Source: a virus (lineage: Duplodnaviria > Caudoviricetes). From it: a stretch of DNA of 64,000 nucleotides. Below are positions 46,689 through 57,668 of the stretch, in pieces (position 1 is the first letter of the stretch; every line of letters begins with the position of its first letter). The position numbers were made by a program, and so were the translations under genes. Below the pieces are notes generated by a model. It was given only the letters and a program-made list of their open reading frames with translations, did no database searches and had not been told where the DNA came from. Where the stretch lies: the IMG/VR virus record IMGVR_UViG_3300025018_000001, one strand, 5' to 3'.

Positions 46689-47167
46689 ATTATCTCCTTT
46701 CTTTTGTAAATTCTAAAATCAAGTATACCACTAATTCTACTACTTTGCAACTCCCAAATATTTAAATCTATGTCTTGCCAATAAATATCTCCGACATGTT
46801 CAGCATTGATCCTAGTAATATCTAATACATGCGCATAAGAAAGATAGGCATTAAATATTTCTGACCCACCAATTACATATATTTTATCGTATACACTAAA
46901 ATTAGTAATAACATCTTCTAAATTATTAAATTTGTAAGCCCTACAGCCAGTACTATAGTTTAAGTCACGTGTTAGTACAATATTAGGCCTATTGGGTAGT
47001 GGCTGCACAGATAAAGACTCCCACGTCTTTCTGCCCATAACTATTGGGTAACCTGTAGTTACTTCTTTAAACCTCTTTATATCTTCTGAGTAATGCCATG
47101 GTATACTATTATTACAACCCATTACATTGTTGTTAGCTATAGCTAATATAAATATAACTTGTGTCAT
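46673..47167 (-). CDS. folA: Dihydrofolate reductase
   Basis: IPW...ED..RFK..T, MGRKTWES, PLPNR.N, IGG. Confidence 0.95.
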   Translation of the reverse strand: MTQVIFILAIANNNVMGCNNSIPWHYSEDIKRFKEVTTGYPIVMGRKTWESLSVQPLPNRPNIVLTRDLNYSTGCRAYKFNNLEDVITNFSVYDKIYVIGGSEIFNAYLSYAHVLDITRINAEHVGDIYWQDIDLNIWELQSSRISGILDFRIYKRKEIICNNT

Positions 47168-47176
47168 AAGTATCTC

Positions 47177-48028
47177 TTACACACTAAAAGGAAAGTTGAT
47201 TCCTGGATGACAGTTGTAGCCTTCAACTATAAAATCATTAGCAGTTACCCAAGTTTCCAAGTCTTTTAAAGTTTTTATATCTGGATTAATCTTTATTTTA
47301 GGTAGAGGTAGAGGCTCACGCTTTAATTGAACATCCTGAATCAAGTTTAGTTGATTTTCATATATATGAGCATTTATAATTTTATGAAAAGCTTTAGCTG
47401 GTTTAAGCCCAGTTATTTGGGCCATAACCATTAAGAACCATGCTACTTGTAGATGATTGAAAACTAAACCTAATGGGACATCACAGGAACGTTGATAAGA
47501 TGTTAGGTATAACTCTCCATCTAAGATACTAAAGGTATGGGTATGCATACACGAGTTAAGACACGCCCTATCTCTCTCGCCTGGATTCATAAAAGTCATT
47601 ATTTCACTACGATTATCTATTCCCTGTTTTAAATCATTATACACATTTAGTAATTGGTCTATCTTATTACCTTCAGGTGTTATCCATCCTCTGCCTTGGG
47701 CGCCATAACATCTACCCATATCGTCCTCACCTTTCCTCCAAGGATTAGCTAACCAAGCTTCATTATCGTTTGCATTAGCTGTCCATGTGTTACACCCTAT
47801 TGCCCTAAATTGTGCTGCACTTGTATATCCACGTAAGTATCCTAACATCTCTGAAATAGCTTGCTTCCAAAAAACCTTTCTGGTAGTTAGCATAGGGAAC
47901 TCTCCCTCACTAACATCATATTCGAAAGAAGCATCTATAACTGTTAGGCACCTATTACCAGTACGAATATTATCTACCCATTTACCTTCACTGACTATTC
48001 TATTACATAGGTCCAAATACTGTTTCAT
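47177..48028 (-). CDS. thyA: Thymidylate synthase
   Basis: [29 protein letters not shown]. Confidence 0.96.
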   Translation of the reverse strand: MKQYLDLCNRIVSEGKWVDNIRTGNRCLTVIDASFEYDVSEGEFPMLTTRKVFWKQAISEMLGYLRGYTSAAQFRAIGCNTWTANANDNEAWLANPWRKGEDDMGRCYGAQGRGWITPEGNKIDQLLNVYNDLKQGIDNRSEIMTFMNPGERDRACLNSCMHTHTFSILDGELYLTSYQRSCDVPLGLVFNHLQVAWFLMVMAQITGLKPAKAFHKIINAHIYENQLNLIQDVQLKREPLPLPKIKINPDIKTLKDLETWVTANDFIVEGYNCHPGINFPFSV

Positions 48029-48049
48029 AATTATACTCCTTAAATTACT

Positions 48050-48080
48050 TCAGAGGACAAGTAGTTTACTTGCCCCCTGA
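48050..48080. terminator. Imperfect hairpin between the glycosyltransferase and thyA
   Basis: TCAGAGGACAAGTA-GTT-TACTTGCCCCCTGA. Confidence 0.4.
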
Positions 48081-48098
48081 ATAATATGACTACTTATT

Positions 48099-49367
48099 TT
48101 ATAGTTGTTCTAAATTTATAGCTTTGGTTTTTGGCTTACTACTTACTCTAGAAGACAATTTAGCAGCTTCCTGGTCAAAAATATTTAACCACTGAGTAGC
48201 AATTTTACCTGACCACTGCATATCTGACTTAACCCACTCATAAGCATTATCAGCTTTAGCCTTTGCTTCTGTATAATTATCATACACATAACACATTTTA
48301 GCTACTAAATCATCTACATCAACCAAAGGCCGGGGGATATCATTATCATTAGGTAAGGTAGTCCATAAACTTAAATTATTACCACTACCCACCAAGTAAC
48401 CACGCTCTTTTGTAATAAGTTCTTCCATTGCAGTATTATTAGGCATGATAGTTGGAGTTTTACAAGCCATAGCCTCTAACCAACCTATACCAAAACCCTC
48501 ACCCAGGGTAGTACTTATTACACAATCACAGCTATTATAGAGGTAGTTAATAACGTCTACAGGAAAGCCCTGATTAGGCTCCATCTTATCCGGTAATACC
48601 ACATCTCTACCTAGTTGCATATCCATCTCCGTAAGTAGTTTAGGAATGTTCCAACCCTGGTCTACACCGCACATGTGTAAGTATAGCATTGATTCGGGTA
48701 CATACTTCTTAAACTCCTTGAACGCTTGGATAGTTCTAGGGATATCTTTTCTCTGCTGATTTCTATTTATATTCATAAATATAAAGCGGTCCTTACCAAT
48801 AGAAAAGTAAGATTCCCTAAATTTAGCAACTTCTTCAGTAGGTAGGGGTTTAAATATATTCATATCTACCCCATGGTAAATTATATCTATATCTGGCTGT
48901 TTACCTCTTACGTGTTTCAAATAAGCTTGTTTTCCAAAGTTAGTATAAGCTACTAACCTATCTACGGGGAGTAAGTTAGGGTACCATTCAGCACGTAGTA
49001 CACTGTCAATAGGGTAGTACATAATAGTTTTAAACGGCTTTACTCTTTTTGCTTTCAAATGCTTAATTAGTTCGGGTAAAAAGTCAACTATAAAGGTATC
49101 CTGCAATACCCAGAGTATGTCAAAGTCATGCTCTAAAGCAAAGTAACAAAATTTACGTCTTCCGTAAGGGTCACCGGCTTGATGATCCATTGCTGGCCAA
49201 ATTCTGTAAGGTAGTGTGTGTGGTGTACCATGATAGTTAATACCGAAAATATCAATATCATACCTACCACTAGCATGTAATTGGGCTAGTATGTTTCTAC
49301 TTACAGTACCAAACCCTGTTGCTACGGTTGGACTATCCGCGTATACTAAAATTTTTGTCTTTTGCAT
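48099..49367 (-). CDS. GT-B glycosyltransferase (GT4-like)
   Basis: TGFG.V, HGVD...F, NRNQ.RK, GEGFG...LEAMAC. Confidence 0.9.
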   Translation of the reverse strand: MQKTKILVYADSPTVATGFGTVSRNILAQLHASGRYDIDIFGINYHGTPHTLPYRIWPAMDHQAGDPYGRRKFCYFALEHDFDILWVLQDTFIVDFLPELIKHLKAKRVKPFKTIMYYPIDSVLRAEWYPNLLPVDRLVAYTNFGKQAYLKHVRGKQPDIDIIYHGVDMNIFKPLPTEEVAKFRESYFSIGKDRFIFMNINRNQQRKDIPRTIQAFKEFKKYVPESMLYLHMCGVDQGWNIPKLLTEMDMQLGRDVVLPDKMEPNQGFPVDVINYLYNSCDCVISTTLGEGFGIGWLEAMACKTPTIMPNNTAMEELITKERGYLVGSGNNLSLWTTLPNDNDIPRPLVDVDDLVAKMCYVYDNYTEAKAKADNAYEWVKSDMQWSGKIATQWLNIFDQEAAKLSSRVSSKPKTKAINLEQL

Positions 49368-49372
49368 AATTC

Positions 49373-50557
49373 TTAATCCTCTTTGGTTTTTGTTTTCTTA
49401 GCCTTAATCTTTTTTGTAGCAAGAAAGGCGCCATTAAAGTTTGTCTCACTTATATCATCCATTACGGGTAGTATACTTGGATTTTTTTCAAGATACTTTT
49501 TTAGCTTTGTAGGTGATACTGTAACCAATGTTGCAAAGTCTTCTACAGGGATGAAGGTGCTTAGTTTTGCTGCGTTATACGAAGTCCTTGAATTCTGTCG
49601 CATAACCATCTCTTGCTCGCCAGAAACAACCGACTTCTCCTGTATCTTAATCTTTTCTATAAGTACATTTGCAATTTCCTTTTCACGTAGTTCTAGAATC
49701 TTCTGGCTTGCTCTAACAGATTCCCACTCAGTGACTAATTCTTCATCTGGTAGAGTTTGTACATTTAGGAAAGAGAACTCTTTCTTAACACAAAGCTCCT
49801 GATATTTCTCACACACATTAGTATAATCACACCAAGCACATAAAAAGTTGATTGAGGGTTTAGCTTCTTCTCTTGTTAAAGCTGAGATTTCTGCATGTAC
49901 GGCATTTAAGTACTGCTCAAATTCCTCAAGCTCTTCATCAGTCCTATACGTGTAAACTAAATCACCAGAACGTAGCATATCCAAACAAAGTATTACTCTA
50001 CTATATTGGGGATATAACTTTCTAGCTACTAGATTATACATTGATAACTGAATGTCGGAACTTAACTTATTCGCATCCGGTACTGTTTTAGATGTCTTGT
50101 AATCCACAATTAATAAAGTAGTTGGATTGACTTCTACTGCTTTATCAATAGCACCAATCAACTCCACTCCACCGTTAGTAGTGATAACCTGTGTATTTGG
50201 AAATCCAAATCTATCCTCTATACCCACAATTTTATCACCAATCTTAAAAATTTTAAGCTTAGCTTTAATTATATCTTTACCGACTAGATGATCTCCGTAA
50301 TCTTCTATACCATGTTTAACAGAAGCCTTATCATAATAAGCTAGTAATTCTTTAATTTGTGTGGCACTAAATTTTTTAATATCTTGCTCTTTCATGATAC
50401 GACCAGCTTTTTCTAAAGTATCATGGCAAGCAAGCCCTAACTTAAATACAGGGTTAGATAGTTTTTCTAAGTGCTCTTCATATGAGTACCAATATCTAAG
50501 TTTACATTGTAGAAACGTATTTATTCTTGTGGCACTTAATTTAACAATTTTCTTCAC
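49373..50557 (-). CDS. PD-(D/E)XK exonuclease (RecB/Cas4-like), start revised to GTG
   Basis: LSAT....F.QC, G.ID, IVDYKT, QL..Y, C.WCDY. Confidence 0.88.
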   Translation of the reverse strand: MKKIVKLSATRINTFLQCKLRYWYSYEEHLEKLSNPVFKLGLACHDTLEKAGRIMKEQDIKKFSATQIKELLAYYDKASVKHGIEDYGDHLVGKDIIKAKLKIFKIGDKIVGIEDRFGFPNTQVITTNGGVELIGAIDKAVEVNPTTLLIVDYKTSKTVPDANKLSSDIQLSMYNLVARKLYPQYSRVILCLDMLRSGDLVYTYRTDEELEEFEQYLNAVHAEISALTREEAKPSINFLCAWCDYTNVCEKYQELCVKKEFSFLNVQTLPDEELVTEWESVRASQKILELREKEIANVLIEKIKIQEKSVVSGEQEMVMRQNSRTSYNAAKLSTFIPVEDFATLVTVSPTKLKKYLEKNPSILPVMDDISETNFNGAFLATKKIKAKKTKTKED

Positions 50558-51074
50558 TTTTTCCCTCCATATAAAGATAGCCATAATCTCTAGCATATCT
50601 ATATTTATATTTATTTAAAACTGTATCAGCATAACAAAATAGTTGTGCTTGTGCATCAATCATATCATTATCTTTTTTAAATGTCAAGTTTTCTATATCT
50701 AATAAATAGCATACGAAATTAAATAGGTCTTCTTTATTAGGTGATGCAAAGTAAGACTTGACAGTAGTATTTGTAATTATGTAAGGTTCAATACCTAGTG
50801 TTTTTATACAGGTGAGTTTGGCTACCCCAGCAAACTCACTAAGTATTTTTAGAGTTCCTACATTAATACCAGAAAAAGTATCCTCCTGGACTATAAAGTC
50901 AGGGGCTAAGTCTATAAGTAACTGCTCTAATAAATTACTAAATAGTAATAATCTTTCAGACCTAGTAGATTTAGGGCTAGTACAAATAACACCCTTTTTA
51001 AAAGTCATACCATCTGAAGTAAAACACCAACCTGTAGAGGAGGCAGAAACATCTATACTTAAAATTTTACACAT
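50541..51074 (-). CDS. ruvC: RuvC-like Holliday junction resolvase
   Basis: LSID....TGW, V.ED, D..DA. Confidence 0.8.
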   Translation of the reverse strand: MCKILSIDVSASSTGWCFTSDGMTFKKGVICTSPKSTRSERLLLFSNLLEQLLIDLAPDFIVQEDTFSGINVGTLKILSEFAGVAKLTCIKTLGIEPYIITNTTVKSYFASPNKEDLFNFVCYLLDIENLTFKKDNDMIDAQAQLFCYADTVLNKYKYRYARDYGYLYMEGKSEENC

Positions 51075-51843
51075 TGCTAACTTCTTTAAGTACTTTCAAT
51101 TGTTCCGGGGTAACTTTGTCAATTGATGGAAGTACTAAGTGCAATTGTACAAATACATTACCATTAGGTCCTCCATTTTTACCAATACCTCCCTTACCCA
51201 TGAACCTCAACACTGACCCATGTGTGGCGCCATTAGGTATAGCTACATCAATCTCTTTCTCTACAATTACCCTCCCAGAGTCACAAGAGGTGCACTTTGT
51301 TTTAACAGTAAAGCCTCGGCCTGAGCAATGTTTGCAAGGTACTTGTGTCATCATACGCACATTAAACTGCATAACGATTTGTTCTGTACTGCCCATACCA
51401 TTACATACATTACATGTGGTACGTTCTGACGCGCCTGTGCCCGCACATTTTTGACAAGGGTCTGCCAGAGTAAACTTAATATTTTTAGTAGCCCCTGATA
51501 GTATATCATATATAGATACAGGTACTTTTATATTTACATCTTGTCCAGGCGTTGGGAAGTTTTGCCTATTATGCTGACCACCCATACCAAAATGGTTTTT
51601 AAAAAAATCATTAATATCAAAGTCACTAAAACCAGACCTAGGATTATCATGTTGGTTTCTTTTCTGGGGGTCAGATAAAATCTGGTAAGCGTCATTTATT
51701 TCTTTAAATTTAGTATCATCACCATTATTCTTATCTGGGTGATGTAGTAAAGCTAACTTTCTGAACGCTTTCTTTATTTCTTCATCTGTAGCATTAGGGG
51801 TGACACCTAAAACTTTATAGTAGTCTTTCATTTTAATCCTCAA
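51067..51843 (-). CDS. dnaJ: DnaJ co-chaperone
   Basis: DYY..LG, HPD, four CxxCxG motifs. Confidence 0.95.
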   Translation of the reverse strand: MRIKMKDYYKVLGVTPNATDEEIKKAFRKLALLHHPDKNNGDDTKFKEINDAYQILSDPQKRNQHDNPRSGFSDFDINDFFKNHFGMGGQHNRQNFPTPGQDVNIKVPVSIYDILSGATKNIKFTLADPCQKCAGTGASERTTCNVCNGMGSTEQIVMQFNVRMMTQVPCKHCSGRGFTVKTKCTSCDSGRVIVEKEIDVAIPNGATHGSVLRFMGKGGIGKNGGPNGNVFVQLHLVLPSIDKVTPEQLKVLKEVSNV

Positions 51844-52195
51844 GCATAGTTACAACTTTACCGTCAATAGCTACAAAGTCATCTACAATTTTAAAACTTA
51901 TTGGGCAAAATAGTTGATTATCCGCTAGAGCTGGATATTTTTTAACGCCAAAAAGAACTTTAGTAATAGTAGATACATAGAATATGTTATCACTAAAAAT
52001 AGTAAAGTCTCCATCTTCTTCAGTAAAGAATGTAGGGTCTAAATCATAATAACTACCTTTACAAGGTAATTTAAAAGAGTACATTTCTTCACTAATATGG
52101 ATCTTAAAATTATTAGCTGGTAACATGGCTAAGGTAGGCATTGCGTATATAGCATCAGTTTCCTGTAAACCCATCCCATTTTCATTTTCGTTCAT
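51833..52195 (-). CDS. Hypothetical protein
   Basis: ORF track. Confidence 0.7.
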   Translation of the reverse strand: MNENENGMGLQETDAIYAMPTLAMLPANNFKIHISEEMYSFKLPCKGSYYDLDPTFFTEEDGDFTIFSDNIFYVSTITKVLFGVKKYPALADNQLFCPISFKIVDDFVAIDGKVVTMLED

Positions 52196-52210
52196 TTAGA
52201 TCTCCTTTAA

Positions 52211-52522
52211 TTAGTATAAAACAATAAAATTATCAACAACTACATTTGTCCAGTATGCTTTTGAAGGTCCTTGGCAGTATTTACATTTAGTGTCATAAGA
52301 TGTCTCTTCTATATGCCCAAATAATTTTATATACGTACCATTAGGTAATTCTGCCAACGCTTCAGCAATTTTACCCCATGCCCCTATTTTAACATATTGA
52401 AATTTATCATCAATAGGTAAAGCCAGTTTACATTTGTAATTTGTTATATCACTATATATGCTGACTTCTCTGTAAGAGATTTTACCTACTAATTTTACAA
52501 TATTCTCACCTGATATATTCAT
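52211..52522 (-). CDS. ssb: Single-stranded DNA-binding protein (OB fold, no acidic tail)
   Basis: N.V.LVG, I.AWGK.AE, G.I....Y. Confidence 0.75.
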   Translation of the reverse strand: MNISGENIVKLVGKISYREVSIYSDITNYKCKLALPIDDKFQYVKIGAWGKIAEALAELPNGTYIKLFGHIEETSYDTKCKYCQGPSKAYWTNVVVDNFIVLY

Positions 52523-53558
52523 CTAGATACCTATAAATTTCGTCTGTTGTCAATTCTGCTGGCCCATCTGTCTCTTTTTTAACAGAAGGAGTGATGTCAA
52601 TGTCTACTACAGGTATGCCCTCTTTTGTAAGAGCTTCAACCCCTAACTTTGCACCACCTCTACCAGCTTTATCAGCATCATACATTATAATAACTCCTTT
52701 AAGTGCATAAATTTTCAACAACTGCACTTGTCCTGGGCTAAGAAAAGAACCCATAGTACAAACTACGTTGTAAATACCATAGTCGTACATGCGCCAAACG
52801 GACTTAAAACCTTCTACAACTATTATAGGTGTTATATTACCATATAGTTTAGCATTTTGCAAGTTATAAAGAACTAGATCTTTAACAAAACCAGTAGTTA
52901 TTATATATTTAAAAGAATCGTCTGGTGGGTTCATCCTTGTATCTTTTAATGAGTAGGCTTTTAATGCACCATCAACATCTCTGATTGGTATTATATCCCT
53001 AAGAATACCAAACTCATCTGTTAAGCCACCAGCAACTTCAAAATAATCTAAGGTAGTATTGCTAAAATTATCTTGTCTAATCATAACCTGCGAACGTAAT
53101 GGCCTGTAAGATATTAAATGATCTTCAGATACATATGCGGGCTGCTGTGAAGTTGCATAACTTTTAATAAACGCATCTCTATCTTTAGAAAATAATCTAT
53201 CAACTTTAAAATTATTAGATAAAACACTATCACCTACAAGATCTTGAAGATATTTTACTGCTTCTTTAAAATCAATTTTAAGTACCCCTTTTATAAGACC
53301 TATTATGTCATAACCATAGGTTTCCTGACATTTAGAGGTAAAACAAAGCCATGTCCTGGTTTGTTTATTTAACCTAAAAGCACTCCTATTATCGCCACCA
53401 TGCACTGCACAAGATGCTCTAATTTGTTTAGCATTTTCATTTGTTATTTTAAAGCCTAGAGAATGTAATAAAAGATGTAGGTCTACACTTTCTTTTAGTA
53501 GTTGTATATCTGTATTATCATAAGAGCGTGTTGTGTTCTGCAAAGCTATCACCTCCAT
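52506..53558 (-). CDS. dnaG: DNA primase (Zn finger plus TOPRIM)
   Basis: C..H.GDN, W.CF, IPI, LYN, VVEG..S, YDAD.AG. Confidence 0.92.
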   Translation of the reverse strand: MEVIALQNTTRSYDNTDIQLLKESVDLHLLLHSLGFKITNENAKQIRASCAVHGGDNRSAFRLNKQTRTWLCFTSKCQETYGYDIIGLIKGVLKIDFKEAVKYLQDLVGDSVLSNNFKVDRLFSKDRDAFIKSYATSQQPAYVSEDHLISYRPLRSQVMIRQDNFSNTTLDYFEVAGGLTDEFGILRDIIPIRDVDGALKAYSLKDTRMNPPDDSFKYIITTGFVKDLVLYNLQNAKLYGNITPIIVVEGFKSVWRMYDYGIYNVVCTMGSFLSPGQVQLLKIYALKGVIIMYDADKAGRGGAKLGVEALTKEGIPVVDIDITPSVKKETDGPAELTTDEIYRYLDEYIR

Positions 53559-54987
53559 TTTGATTACTACCTAAATCTAATTTTAAATCACTTAAATAGT
53601 CAAATGTTTCTACTTGATTTTCTTGACTTACTTCAACGATTCTAAGCTTAGTCTTTTTAAATTTAAAGCCTATGCCCCACTCACCAGTAGTACCACCACG
53701 ACGCGTATCACGAATACATAGTCCGTAATGCCCAGCTATATCTAAATCTACTGCTTCTTCTTCAGCTTTTTTCAAATCCCTAAGGCCCCAAAAAGCTACG
53801 ATATCTCCATATCTAGCTACTCTATCAGAGTCAGCTACATCCCCTGTTCTATTTACTTGTACTGCTGCTAAGAACGGAATATCTAACTGGCCGGATAAAT
53901 CCTTTAAGCGTGTTGTTACATCACCTAAAATTTGGTATTCTTTCCTACCTGCTTCCACACTGGAAGATTCTGGCTCTTTTATGTAGTCAAAAACAGCTAA
54001 CTTAATATCTTCTTTGAACTTATATTTTTTGTAGAGTGCTGTTATCTTTTCTAAATTATATCCAGGTAAGTAATGATGAAACAACTTACTTTTCTTTAGA
54101 TATTTAGCTGCTTCTTGTATACGTCTAAATACTTCTTTATCATTTCTAAAGCCACCATGTTTGATAGTTCTCTCCTGTACACCACTAATGATTGCTAGTA
54201 CCCGGTCACGCCATTCTTTAAAGGTCATTTCTGTGTCCACGTATAGTGTGGGTAGTCCATCATTAACCGCTACATGAGTAGCTATATTAGTAAGCACAGT
54301 AGACTTACCCATTTTCTTCCTTGCTGCTACAATCATTAATGTTCCAGGAATTAAACCATCAATAACCTTATCGAGTATAGGGAAGCCTGTTGAAATACCA
54401 ATAACAGGTATATGATCATCCATAATACTTTCTATGTATTCATCTAAACCATCTGATATGTGCTTAGGTTCTGCTATAGCTTCACTATGAATAGATAAAG
54501 ATATTAAGTCAGCCTGTACGCCATTAATCAAGTCATCACTAGATACAGAAGCTAACGAAGACGCATTTGCTAAAACGCTATCTGTGTGTAAATTTAACTT
54601 ACTGAATAACTTATATTTTGTACTATCATCTATCAATTTTGTAATTAAATTTGGTAAGTCTTTATCCGGTACTGGTACATTTAATATAGCGTCAATAAAT
54701 GCCTCGCTACAGGTATCTTCAAAATTTAAATCTATTGAAGTTTTAGTTAGTAAAAGTTTACTACATTTCGAGTACCCTGCTTTATTCAATAAACATAAAA
54801 TAGAGAAGAACGCTCTAGACTCAGGTGCAAGGAAATCAGTCTCTTCCACTCTAGCTAGTACATTAAAAAAGTTATCTTCACTATGAGACATAGCAGAAAG
54901 AATACCTCGTTCATTATAAGCATCACAAAAAGTATGCGCAGATTTATCAATACTCTTACTTATAGTGCTTTCTTTGGTATAATTCAT
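53518..54987 (-). CDS. dnaB: Replicative DnaB-like helicase
   Basis: STGF..LD..I.G, ARKKMGKS, EM, FDY, QVNR. Confidence 0.93.
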   Translation of the reverse strand: MNYTKESTISKSIDKSAHTFCDAYNERGILSAMSHSEDNFFNVLARVEETDFLAPESRAFFSILCLLNKAGYSKCSKLLLTKTSIDLNFEDTCSEAFIDAILNVPVPDKDLPNLITKLIDDSTKYKLFSKLNLHTDSVLANASSLASVSSDDLINGVQADLISLSIHSEAIAEPKHISDGLDEYIESIMDDHIPVIGISTGFPILDKVIDGLIPGTLMIVAARKKMGKSTVLTNIATHVAVNDGLPTLYVDTEMTFKEWRDRVLAIISGVQERTIKHGGFRNDKEVFRRIQEAAKYLKKSKLFHHYLPGYNLEKITALYKKYKFKEDIKLAVFDYIKEPESSSVEAGRKEYQILGDVTTRLKDLSGQLDIPFLAAVQVNRTGDVADSDRVARYGDIVAFWGLRDLKKAEEEAVDLDIAGHYGLCIRDTRRGGTTGEWGIGFKFKKTKLRIVEVSQENQVETFDYLSDLKLDLGSNQNGGDSFAEHNTLL

Positions 54988-55411
54988 TCTCTCTCCTTGT
55001 TAATTCGCGTTTAAACGCTGCAATAAGTTCCATAATGGTTTTATCTACACCATCTAAAAGAACTAACTCATCTTGTAAAGCATCAATTTCATCTTGTAAA
55101 GTATTTAGTACTTGGTTAGTATATACTAAAGAGGCTCTTGCATCTTTTTTAGTTTTGAACTCTTTTATAATGGCAGGGGTTATTAAACCAAATAAAACAC
55201 CTTCTAATATGCGTTCTTTTCTAGTTATCTCAGCCCTAGTAATATTATATTGTGACTTAAAGTACACTAAGTATTGTGATAAAGCAATAACACCTTTACT
55301 TATAAACATATCGTCTGTCTGTTCTAAGGTACGTACATCGTATGAAAATATGTCCTCTATTAAAGAATTCTCTGGTTTACTTTTTTGAAATAACAATAAC
55401 CCCTCATCCAT
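54956..55411 (-). CDS. Coiled-coil hypothetical protein (possibly UvsY-like mediator)
   Basis: Helical composition and position near recA; family call weak. Confidence 0.5.
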   Translation of the reverse strand: MDEGLLLFQKSKPENSLIEDIFSYDVRTLEQTDDMFISKGVIALSQYLVYFKSQYNITRAEITRKERILEGVLFGLITPAIIKEFKTKKDARASLVYTNQVLNTLQDEIDALQDELVLLDGVDKTIMELIAAFKRELTRRENELYQRKHYK

Positions 55412-55663
55412 TTATGATACCTCATTGTCGTCTTTTTTATTTTCTTCTGTAACGTAAAAGCCAGTACAAAAATAATCGAAGTCGTACTGCTTGGTTTCAT
55501 AGTTAAAAAAATGATACCAGTCTGTCTTCATACCTATCTGTCTACAATACTGACTTAAGTCGCAGTACTTAATGTCACCTGTTGCAGTTCCATCTTTTAA
55601 AGGACACCAGTCTGCACAGTCCTTTCCATGTCTCTTTGGATTTACATTTATAAGATTAAACAT
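55412..55663 (-). CDS. Hypothetical Cys-containing protein
   Basis: ORF track. Confidence 0.55.
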   Translation of the reverse strand: MFNLINVNPKRHGKDCADWCPLKDGTATGDIKYCDLSQYCRQIGMKTDWYHFFNYETKQYDFDYFCTGFYVTEENKKDDNEVS

Positions 55664-56000
55664 TCATCGCCTCATATATTCTGTTTAGTACAAGTTCATT
55701 GTCTATGCTGTCTATTGTATCAAATAACAACACTAAAGTCAAGTCATTTTCTTCACAATACTCAACTTTTAGACTATCTCTCCTCTTTTGGGCATAAAAA
55801 TTAGAGACGTCACCATGAAAGTGTTTAACAAACTCAGTATGTTGACGTCCCTGACATTCAAATAATAGCCCTAACTCCTTAATATAGAAATCAAAAAATA
55901 ACTGAGTATTTTTAAATCTAACATAATACTCTTTCTCAATATAAGTAAATTGAAATTCTTCTTTTAATATATTATATACATCATCAGCTATTTTACTCAT
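55656..56000 (-). CDS. Small PD-(D/E)XK/Vsr-like endonuclease (DUF559-like)
   Basis: FDFYI......E..G.QH, RD..K..YC. Confidence 0.75.
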   Translation of the reverse strand: MSKIADDVYNILKEEFQFTYIEKEYYVRFKNTQLFFDFYIKELGLLFECQGRQHTEFVKHFHGDVSNFYAQKRRDSLKVEYCEENDLTLVLLFDTIDSIDNELVLNRIYEAMNV

Positions 56001-56002
56001 AA

Positions 56003-57103
56003 CTACGCCGTAACTTCTCTAGCTTTATCGTACTCCGCTTGCGCTTTGTAGTATACATCTAAACCAAGTAATACAGTAATTTCCTCTTTTATTAGTAGGA
56101 AAATATCTGGGTTGTCCTCAAAAAACTTTCTTACTCCGTTGTCACCTTGACCTATATTTTCATCGGAGTATTTGTACCAACTACCCGCTTTAGTCAAAAT
56201 ACCTAAATCAGTGGCTATTTTAATAACTTCCCCAGTCATGTCATAACCAACACCATATATTAGGTCTGTCTCGGATTTAACGAAAGGGCACGCCAATTTA
56301 TTTTTAATAGTTTCAAACTCTGTTTTATGCCCAATAACTTTACCTTTTGAATCAACTATTCTATTTGCTTTTGCTCCTATACCAGATACTCTAATCCTGC
56401 CTGTAGAATAAAAAGGAAGTGCATCCCCACCAGTAGTGGTCTCCGGGTTACCATACCCACCTATTTTATTACGTGTTTGATTTATAAATATAACACACGT
56501 ATCTGTCTCAGCAGCTATAGGTACAAACCTAAGAGTAGTTTTACTCATCAGTCTAGCTAATAAAGCTATATTATTATCTTCTAACTCTGAGTCAGCTGCT
56601 ACCTTTGGTATGAGTGATGTAACAGAATCAATAACTATTAGATCTACACTTCCAGTTTTCATAAGTGTTTCAGCAACACCTAAGTTATCCTCCCCTGTAT
56701 ACAGCTCAACTACATGAAGTTTAGCAGTATCAACACCCATACTACTAAATAGTCTTGGGTCAGCACTATGTTCTGCGTCAACGAAAACACAATTCATACC
56801 TCTACGTTGTGCCTCTGCTATAATTGACATAGCTAGTGTGGTTTTTCCTGCACTTGGTGGACCGTAAATTTCATATATACGCCCTTTAGCTACACCACCT
56901 CTATCTAAAGCAGCATCTAACCCTATACTACGTGTAGAAATAGTGTTTATCACTAAAGGTTTATCACACATATATTGTAAAACGCTACCATGTTTTTTAT
57001 TAATAGCCTTTATAGCAATATCAAATGAAGATGTTTTGCCTCCAGTACTTGCCCCAACCTCTGAAGCAGACTCTTTTAATTCTTTTGTTTTTTTAATCGC
57101 CAT
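56003..57103 (-). CDS. recA: RecA recombinase
   Basis: EIYGPPSAGKTT, DAEH, VIDSV, INQ.R, TTGG.AL.FY. Confidence 0.97.
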   Translation of the reverse strand: MAIKKTKELKESASEVGASTGGKTSSFDIAIKAINKKHGSVLQYMCDKPLVINTISTRSIGLDAALDRGGVAKGRIYEIYGPPSAGKTTLAMSIIAEAQRRGMNCVFVDAEHSADPRLFSSMGVDTAKLHVVELYTGEDNLGVAETLMKTGSVDLIVIDSVTSLIPKVAADSELEDNNIALLARLMSKTTLRFVPIAAETDTCVIFINQTRNKIGGYGNPETTTGGDALPFYSTGRIRVSGIGAKANRIVDSKGKVIGHKTEFETIKNKLACPFVKSETDLIYGVGYDMTGEVIKIATDLGILTKAGSWYKYSDENIGQGDNGVRKFFEDNPDIFLLIKEEITVLLGLDVYYKAQAEYDKAREVTA

Positions 57104-57668
57104 GTACTCTCCTTAAATTTTCAAAATTAAACCCTGTGTATTCATTATCCTTTAACTCATCCGCTTCTACCATTTTTTCCATTCTGTATGCATTAAGTAT
57201 TTCTACATTACTATTTAACATACTTATAACTTTATCAGTTATCCATTTACATTTATCACTACCAAAAACCCAAGTACCTATAGGTAAGGTTAGGTCTAAT
57301 TCAGATTCATACACAAATAGGGCGTTAATAATATTAGCACAGTCCTGTATACCATCCTCAAAGGAACACTTAAGCTCTAGCTGTCTATTACTTATAAACC
57401 TTGTAAATAAAGTTCTATCTTTTTGCCTATTAGCTACTAGTGCACAAACATCATTGTGATAGTAGTCCATTAAATTATAAAAGAAATTAACCAACTCGTC
57501 AAGATTTTTTATTTGTCTAGGCCTTGCCTTATTTGCTACTTTGTATCCCAACGATTTTAAAAAGTTTACACATGCCACTTCAACTTCTTTCTCAGGTAGT
57601 TTATCATTTAAAAAACTTGGTGCATCTAACTGTTTTACTTTAGAGATTAAAATATCTAAATTTTTCAT
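57093..57668 (-). CDS. Hypothetical protein
   Basis: ORF track. Confidence 0.7.
   Translation of the reverse strand: MKNLDILISKVKQLDAPSFLNDKLPEKEVEVACVNFLKSLGYKVANKARPRQIKNLDELVNFFYNLMDYYHNDVCALVANRQKDRTLFTRFISNRQLELKCSFEDGIQDCANIINALFVYESELDLTLPIGTWVFGSDKCKWITDKVISMLNSNVEILNAYRMEKMVEADELKDNEYTGFNFENLRRVHGD

Noticed and set aside
47177-48028. dCMP hydroxymethylase supplying a base for glycosylation
   Set aside because: Retains the dUMP-specifying Asn (VFN) and sits beside DHFR, as expected for ordinary ThyA
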